Assembly: GCA_964016885.1 (NCBI GenBank)
Contig: OZ024743.1
Span: 69,192,001 to 69,256,000 of the forward strand
Direction of reading: 5' to 3'
From: Eledone cirrhosa
Taxonomy: Eukaryota
Length of the DNA: 64,000 bases
In this document: piece by piece, positions 56,200 to 64,000 of the stretch
How positions within the stretch are numbered: the stretch's first letter is position 1
Layout of the letters: each line of letters begins with the position of its first letter
Position numbers and translations under genes: made by a program
The notes under the pieces: model-generated
What the model was told of the DNA's origin: nothing
The model's database searches: none
The model's input: only the letters and a program-made list of their open reading frames with translations

Positions 56200-56415
56200 C
56201 AATAATGATTTCTAATTTACTTTCAAGGTCAGTAAATTTTAGGGAAAGTTAACAACGATTATAACTACTCCAACACATGTGTGGAACATTATTTTATTGT
56301 TATTGGAAGAATGAGCGGCAAATTTAACTTCGACAGTGTTTGAACTCAGAATTTATATAACCAAAACTAAATGCCGCAAAATATATTGTTCCACACCTTA
56401 AATATTCTGCCAATA
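56200..56415 (-). mobile_element. Old SINE copy
   Basis: ATGATTTCTAA...CAAGGTCAG...GGCAAATTTAACTTCG...TTTGAACTCAG...CTGCCAA. Confidence 0.65.
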
Positions 56416-56857
56416 CATCACCCTCCATATACGGATAAACTCGGTTTGAGGTAACTTAGGCTTCTGGCAGATTTTAAGTTTTAAAAGAAAAGTTTAGCAT
56501 TGTTTTATTCTCATTTAAATCTCATCCGCCAAAAATATAATCAAACGCAATCCAGGTGTAACCCTTACGTTTTTGGATATTCTATATATACGGACCCGTA
56601 ACACCTCATGGATTCGTATGAGCAGTGTAGTGATACACGGCGTACCTTAGTAATTTAAAACCTAGTAGTACTTATCCTTTCTCCAAATCTGAACATAGTC
56701 GACTTTTTCCAGAGGAGAAAGAGTGTGATAGAAAGGAAATGAGAGAATGGAAGAACTGACACCAATACTGGACTGGTAATTTTTTTATCAACCTCGAAAT
56801 GATGAGAGGTAAATGTTACCTCGGTGGGTTTTGAATTCAGAGCGGAGAGAGCCGGAA

Positions 56858-57040
56858 ATAATTGTTTCTACTTTTGGCGCAAGGCCAGCAATTACCCAGT
56901 GCATTACTGGTACTTTATTTTATCGACCCCGTAAGGATGAAAGGCAAAGTTAACCTCGGCAAGATTTGAACTCAGAACGTAAAGGGCCATAACTCAATGC
57001 TGCAAAGCTAGGTGTCCGACGCTCTACCGATATTGCCAAA
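56858..57040 (-). mobile_element. Young SINE copy nested in an older copy (~56755-57095)
   Basis: Full diagnostic segments. Older SINE sequence continues on both sides. Confidence 0.85.
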
Positions 57041-58017
57041 TATCGGAAAGCACTATATTCAACATTCTATTGAATCTGCCAATTCAACGCCTCTTTGGTT
57101 AGGTATATTGAATTATATTCTATATGTCTGTCCATTGTATCAACGTATCATGTGATTTTATAAAGATATGGTTGTAATATAACGCCGGAGAAACGGCTGC
57201 CTCGAGTAACCCCCTCGGTTGTTTGGAATGTCCTTATATTATGTATGTACTGAGTCGGTCACGGCTTTGTGATTTGTGCTTTAGGAAGCATTGCTTCTCC
57301 AACGTTGTTTGTGTTATTGGCGTTTAGTCACAATTTCTTCTGTAATCGAATAGCAAGTCTGTGACCACCATAAATACATATTTAGTCAACCTATCTAGAA
57401 CTATATTAGCTAACAATTATTCCACACTGAAAATAGTAAAGTGCAATTTTCTGCTGCTATTTTTTTTTAATGTCCAGCTCATATTTCAACACGTCAGTGT
57501 CTGGCTGTGACACAGATATCTAACCTTTCTGATTATATCCCGAATTACACTTATTTAAGGGGTTCTTTGAACGAGAACAATGCCTTATATACTTTGGAAA
57601 CCATTCACAGCTTGAAGGTTATAAACACGGTTAAAATTGATATTGCTGCATATTGCGACAAACTAGACTTTGGAAGTGAAAATTTATACTAGTTAGAAGC
57701 AAAGGTTTTAGTGCGTTATGCTACATCATTCGTAATCCAATTATGGATTTTTTTCTAACAGACATAAAGAAAGGCTTACACATATGTTGTTTGTATTTGT
57801 GTACATGCGTATTTTATGCAATAATACACACACATACGTACATACATATATACATACGTACATACATGCATGAATACTTGTATATATACATCTGTATATG
57901 TGTATGAATATGTCTATGTATGCAATATGCTTACGTTAAACAAATATATAAGCACACATATATATATATGCGTGTGTATGTGTTTTTGCGTGCCTTTTTG
58001 TATAATCGCTCCATTCT

Positions 58018-58073
<56 letters not shown>

Positions 58074-59029
58074 GCATATATATATATGTATGGATGTATA
58101 ACTACATGTGTGTATGTAGGCAAGTTTCATTGTAAATGTGTGTAATGGAACGTAGAGAATTTCGTTTCTATCACTATTTACTTCAACCATCAGTTGAATG
58201 TATCAGTATGTAACCATGCAGAACGATATATATAAAAGTCTTTATATGTGTGTATCAGGGTCTATGTGCATAGGTGTATAGAGGTATATATTGGGATATG
58301 TGTATATATTTAATATGTTTATATATCTATATGTGTATATGTATATATCTGTAATTTGCCTATCTGTAAATATATTATTGTGTATGTATATTTGTATATG
58401 TGTATATGTGTATATTGGTATATGTGTATATGTGCTTATGGGTGTATGCGTATTTGTGGATTTGTGTATATGTATCATTGTGTATGCATATTTGTGTATG
58501 TGTATATATCTTTACGTGTATATGTGTATATAAGTATACACATACATATGTGTCAGTGTACATGTGTCTATTTGTATGTCTTGTTTATATTTGTATATAT
58601 ATATATATATACACCCATATATATATGCATGTGTATATTTGCGTATGTTTGTATATATATATATATATATTTATGTGTATATGTGTGTGTGTGTATGCAT
58701 ATCTGTTTTTTTTTTTTATCTTTTTATATATGAGTATATGTATATGTGTTTGTGTGTATATATGTTTTTGTGAATACTTATATATTATGTGTATGTGTAT
58801 TTATGTCTGTGTGTATATAAGTGTTGGGGAATATTTGTATATATGTTTTTTGTGTATATGTGTATGTGTATATGTGTATGTGTATATGTGTATGTGCATA
58901 TGTGTATGTGTATATGTGTATGTGTACATAGGTGGTTTCACTGGGAGAAAGACAAGGGAGGAGGGACTGTACCATTATGTATATTCACGGTGGCGTGTTG
59001 GTGACTGGTAATGGAATGGTGGTGGTCAT

Positions 59030-60200
59030 GGTGGTAATAGTAGTGGTGGTAGGGTGGTGTTGGTGGTAGTATTGGTTTTAGTGGTAATCTTATTACTAAT
59101 GGTGGTAATAGTAGTGGTGGTAGGGTGGTGTTGGTGGTAGTATTGGTGTTAGTGGTAATCTTATTACTAATGGTGGTAATAGTAGTGGTGGTAGGGTGGT
59201 GTTGGTGGTAGTATTGGTGTTAGTGGTAGTCTTATTACTAATGGTGGTAATAGTAGTGGTGGTAGGGTGGTGTTGGTGGTAGTATTGGTGTTAGTGGTAA
59301 TCTTATTACTAATGGTGGTAATAGTAGTGGTGGTAGGGTGGTGTTGGTGGTAGTATTGGTGTTAGTGGTAATCTTATTACTAATGGTGGTAATAGTAGTG
59401 GTGGTAGGGTGGTGTTGGTGGTAGTATTGGTGTTAGTGGTAATCTTATTACTAATGGTGGTAATAGTAGTGGTGGTAGGGTGGTGTTGGTGGTAGTATTG
59501 GTGTTAGTGGTAATCTTATTACTAATGGTGGTAATAGTAGTGGTGGTAGGGTGGTGTTGGTGGTAGTATTGGTGTTAGTGGTAATCTTATTACTAATGGT
59601 GGTAATAGTAGTGGTGGTAGGGTGGTGTTGGTGGTAGTATTGGTGTTAGTGGTAATCTTATTACTAATGGTGGTAATAGTAGTGGTGGTAGGGTGGTGTT
59701 GGTGGTAGTATTGGTGTTAGTGGTAATCTTATTACTAATGGTGGTAATAGTAGTGGTGGTAGGGTGGTGTTGGTGGTAGTATTGGCGTTAGTGGTAATCT
59801 TATTACTAATGGTGGTAATAGTAGTGGTGGTAGGGTGGTGTTGGTGGTAGTATTGGTGTTAGTGGTAATCTTATTACTAATGGTGGTAATAGTAGTGGTG
59901 GTAGGGTGGTATTGGTGGTAGTACTGGTGGTTGTATCGGTGTTAGTGGTAATCTTATTACTAATGGTGGTAATAGTAGTGGTGGTATTGGTGGTATTGGT
60001 GGTAGTATTGGTGGTAGTATTGGTGTTAGTGGTAATCGTATTACTAATGGTTGTAATAGTAGTGGTGGTAGGGTGGTATTGGTGGTAGTATTGGTGGTTG
60101 TATTTGTGTTAGTGGTAATCTTATTACTAATGGTGGTAATAGTAGTGGTGGTAGGGTGGTATTGGTGGTAGTATTGGTGGTTGTGGTAATCTTATTACTA
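59030..60200. repeat. 71-bp minisatellite, ~12 near-identical copies then degenerate
   Basis: GGTGGTAATAGTAGTGGTGGTAGGGTGGTGTTGGTGGTAGTATTGGTGTTAGTGGTAATCTTATTACTAAT starting at 59030, 59101, 59172 and onward. Confidence 0.95.
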
Positions 60201-60399
60201 AGTGAGTTAGTAGTGGTGGCATTAGAAATGCGATGTTAATCCTAATTGAGTTAGTGGTCATGGTAGTTGTGCTACTGGTATTGGAAGTAGTAGTAATTGT
60301 GGTGGTGACTGTAGTAGTAGTAGCTCAATTATAGTTGTGATGGCGGCGAGGGTGTTGCTGGTTATAATGGTAGTTAGTGTTGCTAGTCATGAGGATAGT

Positions 60400-60663
60400 G
60401 TTGATGGTGGAGACAGGAGTGGTGCTGGTAGTGGTGGTGGTGGTGGTGGTGGTGGTGGCTTCAGAAACGATGGTGATGGTGTTGGTAGTGGCGGTGTTGG
60501 TGTTGTTGGTGGTGGTGTCTTGGTTTTGTTGGTGGTGTTGTTGGCAGTGGTGGTGTGTTTGATGGTAGTGGAGGTGGTGGTTCTGATTGAGTTGGTATTG
60601 TTGGTGGCATATGTGACGACGAGTGTCGTGGCGGCGACGGTGGTGGTGGCGGATTGTTTGTTG

Positions 60664-60695
<32 letters not shown>

Positions 60696-61630
60696 GGCGG
60701 TGCTGATCAAATTATTGATGAAGGTAGTAGTGGTAGTGGTGATATTATTGAATTTGATAATGGTGATGTTGGTGTCGGCGGCTATATTATTGAAATTGAT
60801 GGTGGTGTTGGTGGTGACATTTGTAATGATGGTGATGATGGTGGTGTTGGTGATTTTGGTGGTGGTGGTGGTTGTATGTGGTGGTCGTGGTGGAGGTGGT
60901 GGTGGTTGTGGTGCTGGTATGTAGTGGTGGTGGTTGTCGTGCTGGTATGTGGTGGTGGTGCTGGTGGTATGTGGTGGTGCTGGTGGTGGTGGTTGTGGCG
61001 GTAGAATGTGGTGGTGGTTGAGGTGGTATGTGGTGGTGGTAGTGGTGGTTGTGGTGGTGGTATGTGGTGGTGGTGGTTGTGGTGGTTGTATGTGGTGGTG
61101 GTGGTTGTGGTGGTTGTATGTGGTGGTGGTACTGGTGGTGGTCGTGATGGTGGTGGTACTGGTGGTATGTGGTGGTAGTTGTGGTATGTGGTGGTGGTGG
61201 TGGTGGTGGTATGTGGTGGTGGTATGTGGTGGTGTTTGGTGGTATGTAGTGGTGGTGATGGTGGTGGTGTTGGTGGTGGCGGTGATGGTGGTGGTTTTGG
61301 TGGTGATATGTGATGGTGGGGTTGGTTGTGATGATGATGGGGGTTTGATGGTGGTGGGATGTGATGCTATGATGGTGGGGATTGGTTGTGGTCGTGATGG
61401 TGGGGTGTGATGGTGTGATGGTGGGGGTTGGTTGTGGTGGTGAAGGGGGTGTGATTGTGGTGGAGTGTGATGGTGTGATGCTGGGGGTTTGATGGTGGTG
61501 GGGTGTGATGGTGTGATGGTGGGGGTTTGATGGTGGTGGGGTGTGATGATGGTGAGGTGTGATAGTGGTGGGTTGGCTGTGGTGGTGGCGTGATTAACCT
61601 TGTTCGTGACGGTGCCATTGGTGGTAGTGG
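60400..61630. repeat. Degenerate (GGT)n low-complexity tract
   Basis: Visible repeats. Confidence 0.9.
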
Positions 61631-62159
61631 GGAATGATGTTGTAGATAGTAGATAGTGATATTCAAAAATATTATTATGTTCGTGAGTGCGTGTAGGGAG
61701 CTGACGAAAAATGTGTGTATCGGAGGGTGGGGCTATTGAATTGCCCCCTTTATATTATTCCATATAGGTTTTATATGTTGTGCTTTTATTTACTAAGGTC
61801 TCATTTATTGGGTTTTTATTTTAGACTGTTTTTTTTACTGTAAGGTAAGGCAATTTGTAACATGATTCCCAGCAGAGTTGATGGAATGGAACTAGGTAAA
61901 TAGGTAAATATGTAGTAGCCGGTGTTATATGTAGATAGATAGGTTTATAGGTGCTAGGTAGAGTGGTAGTGAGAGTATTGGGACGTGTTAAAAAGTACCT
62001 ATTATCTTCCTGTACACATACAAGAAAGCTGTAATCTTGCGAAATTGGAAAGTAAGAGGGTTAGGAACACGTAAAAGGAAGGAAAAAAAACTGGGTTAAA
62101 GAGACGTAACACGAAACAGAGATAACACACGAAGGTTGATGTTTAGCCCCGGGTCTCTT

Positions 62160-63531
<1,372 letters not shown>

Positions 63532-64000
63532 GGCACACGTACACAATATTAAAAAAATGGTCGTAGCTTTTAGTTTAATAGTTTTAAGATTTGAAAATCA
63601 TCCTACTGACTGATACATTATTACTAATTGAAGCTTCCATAATATAGTTGTAGTCGTCTTTCTTAATATAGTATATAGTTAGAATTAAAATTGCTCTTAA
63701 CTATAATTAATAAGCTATATTAAATGTATAAGCCTTAATTTTACTCCTATAATGTTTATTCGTGTCAAAATACGAGAATATAAGATAATAGTCAAACTAA
63801 CCACAACATACTATATGTATTGGTAATACATTTTAGTTTGTGTCACTAGTCATCCATGAATTTTAAAGTTTTCCCAATTAAATGTGGTTGGTAAAAAAAT
63901 TATCTTTTTAAAAATGTTATTTAATGATTCTGATGAATTCGATGCAGAGGAATAGAATGATACCACCTTCTGTATTTGAATGAATATATGTAAAGCAATT

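Noticed and set aside
59030-59905. CRISPR-like regular array
   Set aside because: No unique spacers, pure tandem repeat, eukaryotic context, no cas genes

Overview
AT-rich, microsatellite-dense eukaryotic DNA with no confidently identifiable host gene. The repeat content suggests a cephalopod (octopus-like) genome, which is an inference. Recognisable mobile elements are: a nearly intact Penelope-like retroelement (RT plus C-terminal GIY-YIG, one frameshift, inverted tail); a fragment of a second Penelope-like lineage; decayed CRE-like, R4-like, RTE-like and CR1-like LINE pieces; about 15 copies of one tRNA-derived SINE; Helitrons; a hAT MITE with an 8-bp TSD; a mariner fragment; and several minisatellites. 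The main unexplained signal is about 19 type I hammerhead-ribozyme (HHR) motifs, plus half-motifs, found by eye. Most sit in otherwise unrelated non-coding units of about 450-640 bp that are inserted in (TA)n tracts as partial tandem copies with fold-back inversions. Two unit families carry a non-canonical U3-A8 core (TTGANAA), one of them with greatly expanded stems. One copy ends exactly at its predicted cleavage site, and several inversion junctions fall on ribozyme helices. This looks like a retrozyme-like, Penelope-mobilised system. All folds and alignments were done manually and need computational and experimental confirmation.
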